DNA of 45,515 nucleotides from a virus. The DNA lies in IMG/VR virus record IMGVR_UViG_3300045988_006734, one strand, 5' to 3'. Position numbers and translations under genes: made by a program. Each line of letters opens with the position of its first letter. The stretch's first letter is position 1. Positions 23,981 to 31,556 of the stretch are shown one piece after another. The notes beneath the pieces are model-generated. The model did not search any database. It had not been told where the DNA came from and saw only the letters and a list, made by a program, of their open reading frames with translations.

Positions 23981-24021
23981 CTCCGGCGGCGGAGCTGGTG
24001 AAGCTGTCCGGGCTGATCGTG
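23981..24021. repeat. GC-rich imperfect inverted-repeat arm R1 (CTCCGGCGG N10 GAAGCTGTC N5 TGATCGTG)
   Basis: The same three blocks occur in the same order, reverse-complemented, at 25787-25835. Confidence 0.45.
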
Positions 24022-24090
24022 TCGGAGCTGGTAACGATCTGCGGCGGCTGTCCGGGTTTCTTCCTTATTTTATAGGAACGAGAAAAAAAT

Positions 24091-24192
24091 AATCCGAAAA
24101 AGATAATTTTTTATCTGAAACCTATTGACAAACAATCCGAAAAAGATTATAATGTAATCAAGATAAGACAAGAACCAATCCGAAACGGATAA
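24091..24192. promoter_or_regulatory. Three phased ATCCGAAA(A/C)(A/G)GAT operator-like sites at 24092, 24135 and 24178 (43-bp spacing) bracketing a promoter
   Basis: Read directly; the middle site occupies the -35/-10 spacer. Confidence 0.55.
24125..24153 (+). promoter_or_regulatory. Consensus promoter TTGACA N17 TATAAT for the 24213-25443 cassette
   Basis: TTGACA 24125-24130, TATAAT 24148-24153. Confidence 0.75.
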
Positions 24193-24212
24193 TTTCAAAG
24201 GAGGATCACCCC

Positions 24213-25175
24213 ATGAAAAAATATTTTGCTGTATCGTTCAAGTATTCCGAAAGCGTGTATTGCTCCAACATTGCACACGCTGAAACCGCCGAAGCTGTAG
24301 AAGCTCATTATTCTAAATATGAGTGGGTCAGCGTCAGAGAGTGCGAAGATCACGAAGTCGAAACCGCTCGCCGCAAGGGTATGCCGATTGTAGAAATCGA
24401 AACCCCGGAAGCGATCACCGAAGAAGCCGAAACCATCACAGAGGAGGAAACCGAAATGAAAGAATTTGCAATGATTGAAAAGAGAATCACCGAAGAAGCC
24501 GAGCGAAACACCGCCGACACAGTTTTCTATATTGAAAATGGATATTTCCCGACATGGGCGGAAGAACACCGCACAGACCCCGACAGGGGCTTGAAAGCCA
24601 ACAGCACCGAAACCCGATGGAATCAGTACAAAGCCGGAACAATCAGCCGTGAAAAGGCTGTCGAGCTTGCCACAAAGCGAGCAATGAAGCAGATCGAGAA
24701 AAAGACCGCCGCAAAGCTGGCACAGCTTGACCGGGTAGCCAATGCGCCCGACCTCACCTTCATTTCTGTTTCCGTGGATTGGGTGCGCTCCTCCACTTGG
24801 GGCTACAATCCCCATGTTGAGATCAGAACCAACACCGGGACATATTACGGAACGGCGAGCGGTTGCGGCTATGACAAAGAATCCGCCGCCATTGCGGAAG
24901 CGTTCAACAAGTGCAACAGCATTTTGAAAGCCCTTTATCAGCTCAAAGAAAACGGCTTGAGAGCTGGCAAGACGGACGCAAGCAAAACAGCGTGTACAGG
25001 TGTAGACAATCGCAATATTTGCGGCTATGGTTCGGGTTATTCCGTATTACCGTATTTTGAAGGTGGTGTCGGTGCTTCTTGCTTTTGGTCTATTCTGAAA
25101 GATTGCGGATATAAGACCAGCGGACACCACGGCAAACACAGCGATTTTTACAGCGTAGAAAAGGAGGTCGCATAA
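24213..25175 (+). CDS. Hypothetical 320-aa protein (acidic linker; C-terminal SGCGYDKESAA / GYGSGYSVLPYFEGGVG motifs); function unknown
   Basis: SD AAAGGAGG; own promoter. Confidence 0.7.
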   Translation: MKKYFAVSFKYSESVYCSNIAHAETAEAVEAHYSKYEWVSVRECEDHEVETARRKGMPIVEIETPEAITEEAETITEEETEMKEFAMIEKRITEEAERNTADTVFYIENGYFPTWAEEHRTDPDRGLKANSTETRWNQYKAGTISREKAVELATKRAMKQIEKKTAAKLAQLDRVANAPDLTFISVSVDWVRSSTWGYNPHVEIRTNTGTYYGTASGCGYDKESAAIAEAFNKCNSILKALYQLKENGLRAGKTDASKTACTGVDNRNICGYGSGYSVLPYFEGGVGASCFWSILKDCGYKTSGHHGKHSDFYSVEKEVA

Positions 25176-25176
25176 T

Positions 25177-25443
25177 ATGAACATCAACGAGACAATGAAA
25201 GAGCTTGCACAATGGCAGAGAATGCAAGAGGAAGCCGCCGCAATGGTGGAAGCCCTCAAAGATCAGATCAAAGAACACATGACCGCCGCCGGGCTTGAAG
25301 TCCTCACAGGGGACGAACACAAAGCCACATTCAAGACGGTTTCCAGCTCTCGCATTGATACCGCCGCATTGAAGAAGGGACACCCGGACATTGCGGCACA
25401 GTACACCAAGACAACCGAAACGAAGCGTTTCACATTCGCATAA
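25177..25443 (+). CDS. Hypothetical 88-aa coiled-coil protein
   Basis: SD AAGGAGG; starts 1 nt after the previous stop. Confidence 0.65.
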   Translation: MNINETMKELAQWQRMQEEAAAMVEALKDQIKEHMTAAGLEVLTGDEHKATFKTVSSSRIDTAALKKGHPDIAAQYTKTTETKRFTFA

Positions 25444-25459
25444 GAAGGGAGGGTCGGCA

Positions 25460-25531
25460 ATGTTCGTTATTATCTGCATTATTCTTTTTCCGTTCGTTCT
25501 GCTCGGTGAAATCCTCAAGCAGTCCAATTAA
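25460..25531 (+). CDS. Possible 23-aa hydrophobic peptide (MFVIICIILFPFVLLGEILKQSN)
   Basis: SD GGGAGGG 6 nt upstream of ATG; followed by a terminator. Confidence 0.25.
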   Translation: MFVIICIILFPFVLLGEILKQSN

Positions 25532-25544
25532 ATATTTACATCAT

Positions 25545-25575
25545 GCGCCCCGGTTCGCCGGGGTGCTTTTCTTTT
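25545..25575 (+). terminator. Rho-independent terminator (GCGCCCCGG ttcg CCGGGGTGC + TTTTCTTTT)
   Basis: 9-bp stem with one G-T pair, followed by a T-run. Confidence 0.7.
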
Positions 25576-25786
25576 GCTCTTATCCGGGGGAGGGTGTCCC
25601 GATCTCGTACACGTCCACCGCTGGCGGCTCTGCCGCTGGTGGTTTCTTTCTGCCGGGGGTGGGCTGGTGTCGTTGCTTTCTTTGGGGTATATTCAAACGA
25701 TAGCGGCGGCGGTTGCTGTCTTTGGGGTTGTTTTCGGGGTTGTGATAGTGCTATCACGTTTAGAATAATGCTATTGACAGCGGCGG

Positions 25787-25835
25787 CACGATCAACGGCG
25801 GAGGGTTGACAGCTTCCCGGACACGTCCGCCGGAG
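25787..25835. repeat. GC-rich imperfect inverted-repeat arm R2 (CACGATCA .. GACAGCTTC .. CCGCCGGAG)
   Basis: Reverse complement of the R1 blocks; embedded in a GC-rich non-coding stretch with three extra (A/G)TTGACA boxes at 25774, 25806 and 25854. Confidence 0.45.
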
Positions 25836-25943
25836 CTATCCCCCGGAGGGGGATTGACACCGCCCCGAACGTGGGGAGGGAGTCGTTTGAGTACCCGAAA
25901 ATTTCAAAAAGAACAAAAAGGACTAAAACTTATCTTATTTGTA

Positions 25944-25972
25944 TTGACATTTATCCTCCCTCGTGCTATACT
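25944..25972 (+). promoter_or_regulatory. Promoter TTGACA N17 (TGc)TATACT for the HTH-invertase operon
   Basis: TTGACA 25944-25949, TATACT 25967-25972, TG at 25964-25965. Confidence 0.7.
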
Positions 25973-26000
25973 AATCTCAAACAACACAAGGAGGTACACT

Positions 26001-26213
26001 ATGGTACGCAATAACATAGAGCTGGACGTTAAGGTCAAGTGCCTTGAGACCAGCACAACCCAGCAATCCCTCGCTGAAAAAATCGGTACGACAGGTCAGT
26101 ATGTGAACAGAATCGTCAAAAAGAAGGACGGTCTCGTGAATAAGACCTTCGTTGAAATGATGGAAGCTCTTGGTTATGACATTGAGCTGACCTACGTCAA
26201 GAGGGACGAATAA
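26001..26213 (+). CDS. XRE-family HTH regulator (70 aa)
   Basis: TTQQSLAEKIGTTGQYVNRIVKKK HTH; SD AAGGAGG. Confidence 0.75.
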   Translation: MVRNNIELDVKVKCLETSTTQQSLAEKIGTTGQYVNRIVKKKDGLVNKTFVEMMEALGYDIELTYVKRDE

Positions 26214-26228
26214 TTTGGAGGTGAGTAC

Positions 26229-26810
26229 ATGAAGGTCGGTTATGTACGAGTAAGCACCTTAGACCAAAATCCGGCGAGACAAATGGAGCTGATGAAATCT
26301 CTTGGTGTGGAGAAAATCTTCCTCGATAAGATCAGCGGCAAGGACACCAATAGACCACAGTTTAATGAAATGCTCTCCTTCCTTCGGGAAGGTGACACGT
26401 TATACATTGAATCCTTCTCCCGGTTATCACGAAGCACCAAAGACCTCCTGTCTACGGTTGCTTTGCTGACGGAACGAGGTGTGAATCTTGTCTCAGACAA
26501 GGAAAAAGTCGATACCACCACACCACAGGGGCGGTTTATGCTGACGGTTTTTGCCGCCCTCTCGGAGCTGGAACGAGAAAATATCCTCGAAAGACAGCGT
26601 GAAGGTATCGAAATTGCCAAAACCGAAGGAAAATACAAAGGTCGGAAGCCTGTTGAGACCACGGATAAGTTCTTTTTCGTGGCAAAGGCATGGTCGGAAG
26701 GAAATCTCGCCCTCAAGGACGCTATTGAGGAGTCGGGTATGTCCTCCTCCACCTTCTTCCGTAGGTGCAAACAGTATAATATTCACAAGGAAAGTAGTAA
26801 AAGTAGTTAA
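26229..26810 (+). CDS. Small serine recombinase (resolvase/DNA-invertase family, Hin/Gin/Pin-like)
   Basis: MKVGYVRVSTLDQNPARQ catalytic Ser motif, GDTLYIESFSRLSRS, LERENILERQREGI, C-terminal HTH. Its last codons and stop lie inside the 17-bp site at 26792-26808. Confidence 0.9.
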   Translation: MKVGYVRVSTLDQNPARQMELMKSLGVEKIFLDKISGKDTNRPQFNEMLSFLREGDTLYIESFSRLSRSTKDLLSTVALLTERGVNLVSDKEKVDTTTPQGRFMLTVFAALSELERENILERQREGIEIAKTEGKYKGRKPVETTDKFFFVAKAWSEGNLALKDAIEESGMSSSTFFRRCKQYNIHKESSKSS

Positions 26811-26899
26811 AAATCAGTTTTTGCGTAAACTTTCACCTTATGGGTGTCCTATAGGAAGAATTATACGAAAAATCAGAAGAACAACTACTTTTACTACTT
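26792..26899. repeat. Palindromic element B: perfect 17-bp inverted repeats AAGTAGTAAAAGTAGTT (26792-26808 / 26883-26899) flanking a 74-bp spacer; candidate invertible switch
   Basis: Read directly. The spacer carries TAGTTG N16 TATAAT on the minus strand, pointing away from the downstream ORF. Confidence 0.85.
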
Positions 26900-26917
26900 C
26901 ACATGGAGGATTTGGGT

Positions 26918-27508
26918 ATGACTTATGTATTCAAAACACCGTTTTCACACGCTGAGACGGTTTCGATGGTGGAAAAGACCATCACAGCCATAGGAGGTAA
27001 GTTCAAAAACGATGTTGGTGACTGGCGAGCGAAGGGATTTGCTACCGTCCTCTCCGCCACGGCGCAGTTTTTCTTCCATGAAAAGGAAAATGAATGCAGT
27101 GTCCGGGTGGTTTTCCGCAGACACCACACCGACAGCCGAAGATTTTGGAGAACCTTCGTTGAAAAATTGAATGAGCTTTACCCGGACGTAGATTTCGGTA
27201 TCAATGCGAAGACACCGTATGAGCTGGTGGCGGTTCTGAACCTCACTGGCGATACCGAGCAAGTCCATTTCTCTCGAACTTCCGGCGGAACATCGTTGGG
27301 CGGATTCCTCCTCGGAGGGCTGGCTTTCGGCGCACCGGGAGCGATTGTCGGCGGAATGTCCGGCACTCAGAAAACAGTCGGCACGACCCGAACGGTGTAT
27401 TCCGATAAGGTCAACGTCCGAATGCTGTGGAGTGACGGTCTCCTACAGGAACGACAGGTCGATAAGCGAGAGAACCTATATCATGAGATCATGAACATGA
27501 TTTCATAA
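26918..27508 (+). CDS. Hypothetical 196-aa protein with a central glycine-zipper membrane segment
   Basis: SLGGFLLGGLAFGAPGAIVGGMSG; SD GGAGGA 7 nt upstream of ATG 26918. Confidence 0.65.
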   Translation: MTYVFKTPFSHAETVSMVEKTITAIGGKFKNDVGDWRAKGFATVLSATAQFFFHEKENECSVRVVFRRHHTDSRRFWRTFVEKLNELYPDVDFGINAKTPYELVAVLNLTGDTEQVHFSRTSGGTSLGGFLLGGLAFGAPGAIVGGMSGTQKTVGTTRTVYSDKVNVRMLWSDGLLQERQVDKRENLYHEIMNMIS

Positions 27509-27522
27509 CGTAACAGATACAC

Positions 27523-27575
27523 GGCGCATGATTGCGAGAGCTTTTGGCTCAAACAGTCATGCGCTTTTTCTTTTT
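27523..27575 (+). terminator. Terminator-like hairpin T1 (GCGCATGA .. inner GAGC/GCTC .. TCATGCGC + TTTTTCTTTTT)
   Basis: Shares GGCGCATGATTGCGA and GTCATGCGC with T2 at 29342-29401. Confidence 0.65.
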
Positions 27576-27584
27576 GGAGGTATT

Positions 27585-29228
27585 ATGAAGAAATTACTGA
27601 AAACAATCCTTGAGAGAGTCCGAAAGAAGCCATTCTCTTTTCAGACCTTTGAGGACTTGTACTATATGTGCAAGGAAGCAATGAAGGAAGACACCGACCT
27701 CGGTGTGAAATATCTGAAACTGCTCTCCGCTGAAATTGAAAAGGCATTTCGCAGTCCCGGACTGTCGGAAGCGGACGTACACAAGCTGTACGATCTGCAT
27801 AAGCGAGTGTGCTATGCCGCCGCAAAGTATGACTTTGACTCCTACCTTCTGTATGTCGAATGGAACAGAGACCCGGAGAAGAAGTTCTACCCTCCTCGCC
27901 GCAAGGTGCTGAAACAGGTGGTGGACGCTCTACAGGAGCTTGCCGATGATAAACTGGATTTGCTGGCGGTCTCCCTTCCTCCCGGTAGCGGTAAGACCAC
28001 TCTCGCTATCTTCTATCTGACATGGCTCGGCGGCAAGATTCCCAATGACCCTATGCTGACAGGTAGCCACTCGAACTCCTTCGTCCGTGGTGTCTATGAC
28101 GAATGTCTGAGAATCATGGATAAGAACGGCGATTACCTGTGGCATGAAGTGTTCCCGGATATACAGGTCACGAACACCAACGCAAAGGATTGTCGTATCG
28201 ACCTCGACAAGCGTCAGCGTTTTGAGACGTTGGAGTTCACCTCTATCGGTACTGGTAACGCTGGTCTGTATCGTGCGGCAACCCTCCTCTACTGTGATGA
28301 CTTGGTGTCGGGTATCGAGGTTGCTCTGTCGAAGGAACGACTCGACAAGCTGTGGGAAACCTACACCACCGACCTTCGTCAGCGTAAGATCGGAGACCAC
28401 TGCAAGGAGCTTCACATTGCTACACGCTGGTCGGTTCATGATGTAATCGGTAGACTTGAGCGTGAGTACGGCGATAATGAGCGAGCGAAGTTCATCGTTG
28501 TTCCGGCTCTCGATGAAAATGACGAGTCCAACTTCGACTACGCTTATGGTGTCGGATTCACCACGAGATTCTACCACGAGCAGAGAAATATCATGGACGA
28601 TGTGAGCTGGCGAGCATTGTATATGAATGAACCTATCGAACGTGAAGGTCTCGTTTATGCACAGGACGAGCTTCGCCGCTACTTCGAGCTTCCGAGTGAA
28701 GACCCGGACGCTATTATCGGTATTTGCGATACGAAGGACAAAGGTGCTGACTACGCTTTCCTCCCTGTGGCTTACGTCTACGGACAGGACTACTATATTC
28801 ACGATTGTGTCTGCGACAATGGTCTGCCGAACATCGTTGACGCTCGATTGACTGAAATCCTTGTCCGGGATAAGGTCAAGTCCTGTAGGTTCGAGTCCAA
28901 CTCCGCCGGAAGACGTGTGGCTGAGAAAATTCAAGAGGAGGTCAAGAAAAAGGGCGGCATTACCCATATCACGACCAAGTTCACCACTGCCAATAAGGAA
29001 ACGAAGATCATCGTCAACAGTGCATGGGTTAAGGAGCATTGTCTGTTCAAGGACGCTTCCCTCTATCAGAAGAAGTCGGACTACGGCAAAATGATGGATA
29101 TGCTCTGCTCTTACACTGTTGCTGGTAAGAACAAGCACGATGATGTTCCCGATGGCATGGCTATGTTGGCGGAATATGCACAGTCCTTGAGCGGTCAGAA
29201 GGTCGAGGTCTTCAAAAGACCGTGGTAA
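27585..29228 (+). CDS. terL: Terminase large subunit
   Basis: Walker A SLPPGSGKTT, Walker B LLYCDD and a C-terminal nuclease region with HDD; lies upstream of the portal gene. Confidence 0.85.
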   Translation: MKKLLKTILERVRKKPFSFQTFEDLYYMCKEAMKEDTDLGVKYLKLLSAEIEKAFRSPGLSEADVHKLYDLHKRVCYAAAKYDFDSYLLYVEWNRDPEKKFYPPRRKVLKQVVDALQELADDKLDLLAVSLPPGSGKTTLAIFYLTWLGGKIPNDPMLTGSHSNSFVRGVYDECLRIMDKNGDYLWHEVFPDIQVTNTNAKDCRIDLDKRQRFETLEFTSIGTGNAGLYRAATLLYCDDLVSGIEVALSKERLDKLWETYTTDLRQRKIGDHCKELHIATRWSVHDVIGRLEREYGDNERAKFIVVPALDENDESNFDYAYGVGFTTRFYHEQRNIMDDVSWRALYMNEPIEREGLVYAQDELRRYFELPSEDPDAIIGICDTKDKGADYAFLPVAYVYGQDYYIHDCVCDNGLPNIVDARLTEILVRDKVKSCRFESNSAGRRVAEKIQEEVKKKGGITHITTKFTTANKETKIIVNSAWVKEHCLFKDASLYQKKSDYGKMMDMLCSYTVAGKNKHDDVPDGMAMLAEYAQSLSGQKVEVFKRPW

Positions 29229-29282
29229 TTCACAATTTCCACATAGTTTTCCACAGAAAATTCTAAAAAGAAGAATTAGAAC

Positions 29283-29311
29283 TTGATTTTTACGAATTGA
29301 TGTGGTATAAT
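29283..29311 (+). promoter_or_regulatory. Promoter TTGATT N17 (TGg)TATAAT upstream of the portal/head genes
   Basis: TTGATT 29283-29288, TG 29303-29304, TATAAT 29306-29311. Confidence 0.65.
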
Positions 29312-29341
29312 GATAAAGGTAAAAGTGTATAGAGTTTTAAG

Positions 29342-29401
29342 TGGCGCATGATTGCGATTTGGAAACTTCGGTTTCTATCGGTCATGCGCCATTTTTATTT
29401 T
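29342..29401 (+). terminator. Terminator-like hairpin T2 (TGGCGCATGA .. inner GAAAC ttcg GTTTC .. TCATGCGCCA + TTTTTATTTT), promoter-proximal
   Basis: 10-bp outer stem plus T-run, about 30 nt downstream of the -10 at 29306. Confidence 0.65.
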
Positions 29402-29429
29402 CAATCATTCAAAGAAAGGAGGGGCAATC

Positions 29430-30866
29430 GTGGGAAATACCGTTGACACTTCAAAAGGTCTGTCTCAGACAAGGCAAATGAACGGCAGACGTGTTATCAA
29501 GACCAGCGTCCGTGAGATCACCAAAGATAACGTGGTCGATGTGTTGCAGAAAGCTCTTGGCACACACGAACTGAACCGCAGTGAGATTGATTACCTGTGG
29601 AACTACTACCGTGGTAAACAGCCTATTCTCCATAGAACCAAAGAAGTGCGCCCCGAAATCTGCAACAAGATTGTAGAAAACCGAGCGAACGAGATTGTCT
29701 CCTTCAAGGTCGGCTACTTGTGTGGTGAACCCATTCAGTATGTCGGCAGAAACGGTGAGGAAGCTACCGCAAAGGCTATCACCGCTTTGAATGAGCTTAT
29801 GTTCGCAGAGGATAAAGCCACTAAAGACCAAGAGATTGTCGAGTGGCAAATGATTTGCGGCACTGCATATCGTTTGGTTCTGCCGGACGAGAAGAATGAG
29901 GAAGACGAAGCTCCCTTCGAGCTTCACACTCTCGACCCTCGTGATACCTTCGTTGTTTATTCCAGTGAGATCGGCAACAAGCCGCTCATGGGTGTGAAGT
30001 ATTACAAGGACGATGAAGAAGTGCTTCGCTTCTCTGTCTACACCGAGAACCGCTACTACCTTATCGAAGGTGACATTCTGAAAGAGGAAAAGGCTCATGC
30101 CCTTGACATGATTCCTATTTTTGAGTACCCGGCGAACAATGCCCGACTCGGCTCTTTCGAGATTGTCCTTCCTCTGCTCGACACGATCAACAATATCGAG
30201 TCGAACCGTATGGACGGTATGGAGCAGACCATACAGGCTTTCATTAAGTTTGTGAACTGCGACATTACCGCTGATGATTTCAAGGAGCTGAAAGAGCTTG
30301 GCGCAATCAAGGTCAAGTCCGTGGACGGTGCGAACGCTGACGTGGACGTTGTTACCAACGATCTGAACCAAGACCAGTCTCAGACTCTTAAAGAGGACTG
30401 CTACTCCGCTATCCTCACTATCTGCGGCATTCCGAACCGTAACGGTGGTTCTTCCACCTCTGACACAGGAGCGGCGGTACTGCTTCGTGACGGCTGGTCT
30501 CTTGCAGAAGCGAGGGCAAAGGACAGTGAGCATATGTTCAAGAAGTCCGAGAAGAAAATGCTCAAGCTGGTGCTTCGTATCTGCCGTGACCTCGGTGACA
30601 TTAACCTTCGCTTGAAGGATATTGACATGAAGTTCACTCGTAGGAACTACGAAGCAATTCAGAGCAAGTCTCAAGTGCTTGTCTCTATGCTACAGCAACC
30701 CAAGATTCACCCGATGTTGGCTTTCTCTCACTGTGGTATGTTCACAGACCCCGAAAATGCTTACGCAATGAGCATGAAGCATTATGAGGAGGAACAGGAA
30801 AAGCTCGCACAGCAGAATCCAAACCCCAACCCACCTACAGACCCGGACGATAAGTCCAAGAAGTGA
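29430..30866 (+). CDS. Portal protein (SPP1 Gp6-like); GTG start
   Basis: Position after terL; IDYLWNYYRGKQPIL and ENRANEIVSFKVGYL patterns; SD AAAGGAGGGG. Confidence 0.8.
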   Translation: MGNTVDTSKGLSQTRQMNGRRVIKTSVREITKDNVVDVLQKALGTHELNRSEIDYLWNYYRGKQPILHRTKEVRPEICNKIVENRANEIVSFKVGYLCGEPIQYVGRNGEEATAKAITALNELMFAEDKATKDQEIVEWQMICGTAYRLVLPDEKNEEDEAPFELHTLDPRDTFVVYSSEIGNKPLMGVKYYKDDEEVLRFSVYTENRYYLIEGDILKEEKAHALDMIPIFEYPANNARLGSFEIVLPLLDTINNIESNRMDGMEQTIQAFIKFVNCDITADDFKELKELGAIKVKSVDGANADVDVVTNDLNQDQSQTLKEDCYSAILTICGIPNRNGGSSTSDTGAAVLLRDGWSLAEARAKDSEHMFKKSEKKMLKLVLRICRDLGDINLRLKDIDMKFTRRNYEAIQSKSQVLVSMLQQPKIHPMLAFSHCGMFTDPENAYAMSMKHYEEEQEKLAQQNPNPNPPTDPDDKSKK

Positions 30867-30984
30867 TGTTTGAGCGGTTCGCCGCTTCTAATATCGTCAG
30901 AGAAGACGTTAATCGCAAAAGGTAGAGAAACCTTAAATCGCAAAATAAGACAGAGAAGTCTACAAACGCAAGGAGGAATATCAA

Positions 30985-31554
30985 ATGGCAAAGATTGATG
31001 TAACACAGATCGAGGGTTACGCAGAAATGTCCGCAGAGGACAAGTTGAAAGCCCTTGAGGGATTCGACATTCCCGACCCGGATTACAGCGGCTATGTGAA
31101 GAAGGACGTTTTCGATAAGACCGCTTCCGAGCTGGCTGGTGTCAAGAAACAGCTCAAGGACAAAATGACCGATGATGAAGCGGCAAAGCAGAAGGAACAG
31201 GAGGAACGTGAGGAGTTGCAGTCCAAGTACGACAAGCTCTTGCGTGAATCTGAGATTTCCAAGCATAAGGCGAAGTTGCTGGGTCTCGGTTACGATGAAA
31301 AGCTGGCTGATGAAACCGCAGAAGCTATGGCTGATGGGGATATGGAGAAGGTGTTCGCCAATCAGAAGAAGCACCTCGATTCCGTAGAGAAGCGAGTTCG
31401 TGCTGACGCTCTCAAAGATACTCCTAAACCTACTCCCGATGGAGATTCCAAGACAATGACACTCGAAAAATTCCGTAAGTTGTCCCCGGCGGAGCGTGCC
31501 GCTTTCTTCGAGGAACACCCGGAAGAATACAAAGAACTATATGGAGGTAATTAA
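30985..31554 (+). CDS. Scaffolding protein
   Basis: Highly charged coiled coil immediately upstream of the major capsid gene. Confidence 0.7.
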   Translation: MAKIDVTQIEGYAEMSAEDKLKALEGFDIPDPDYSGYVKKDVFDKTASELAGVKKQLKDKMTDDEAAKQKEQEEREELQSKYDKLLRESEISKHKAKLLGLGYDEKLADETAEAMADGDMEKVFANQKKHLDSVEKRVRADALKDTPKPTPDGDSKTMTLEKFRKLSPAERAAFFEEHPEEYKELYGGN

Positions 31555-31556
31555 CA

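Noticed and set aside
25506-25809. Several 60-90-aa ORFs on both strands inside the GC-rich block (25506-25703, 25543-25809, 25574-25768, 25536-25757)
   Set aside because: They overlap one another, lack SD sequences and encode Gly/Arg/Pro-rich low-complexity strings typical of GC-rich non-coding DNA. The region is treated as non-coding repeats.
30867-30984. TAATCGCAAAA / AAATCGCAAAA direct repeats in the portal-scaffold gap, considered as a regulatory element or missing minor head gene
   Set aside because: There are only two short copies, with no dyad symmetry, promoter boxes or ORF. The evidence is insufficient.
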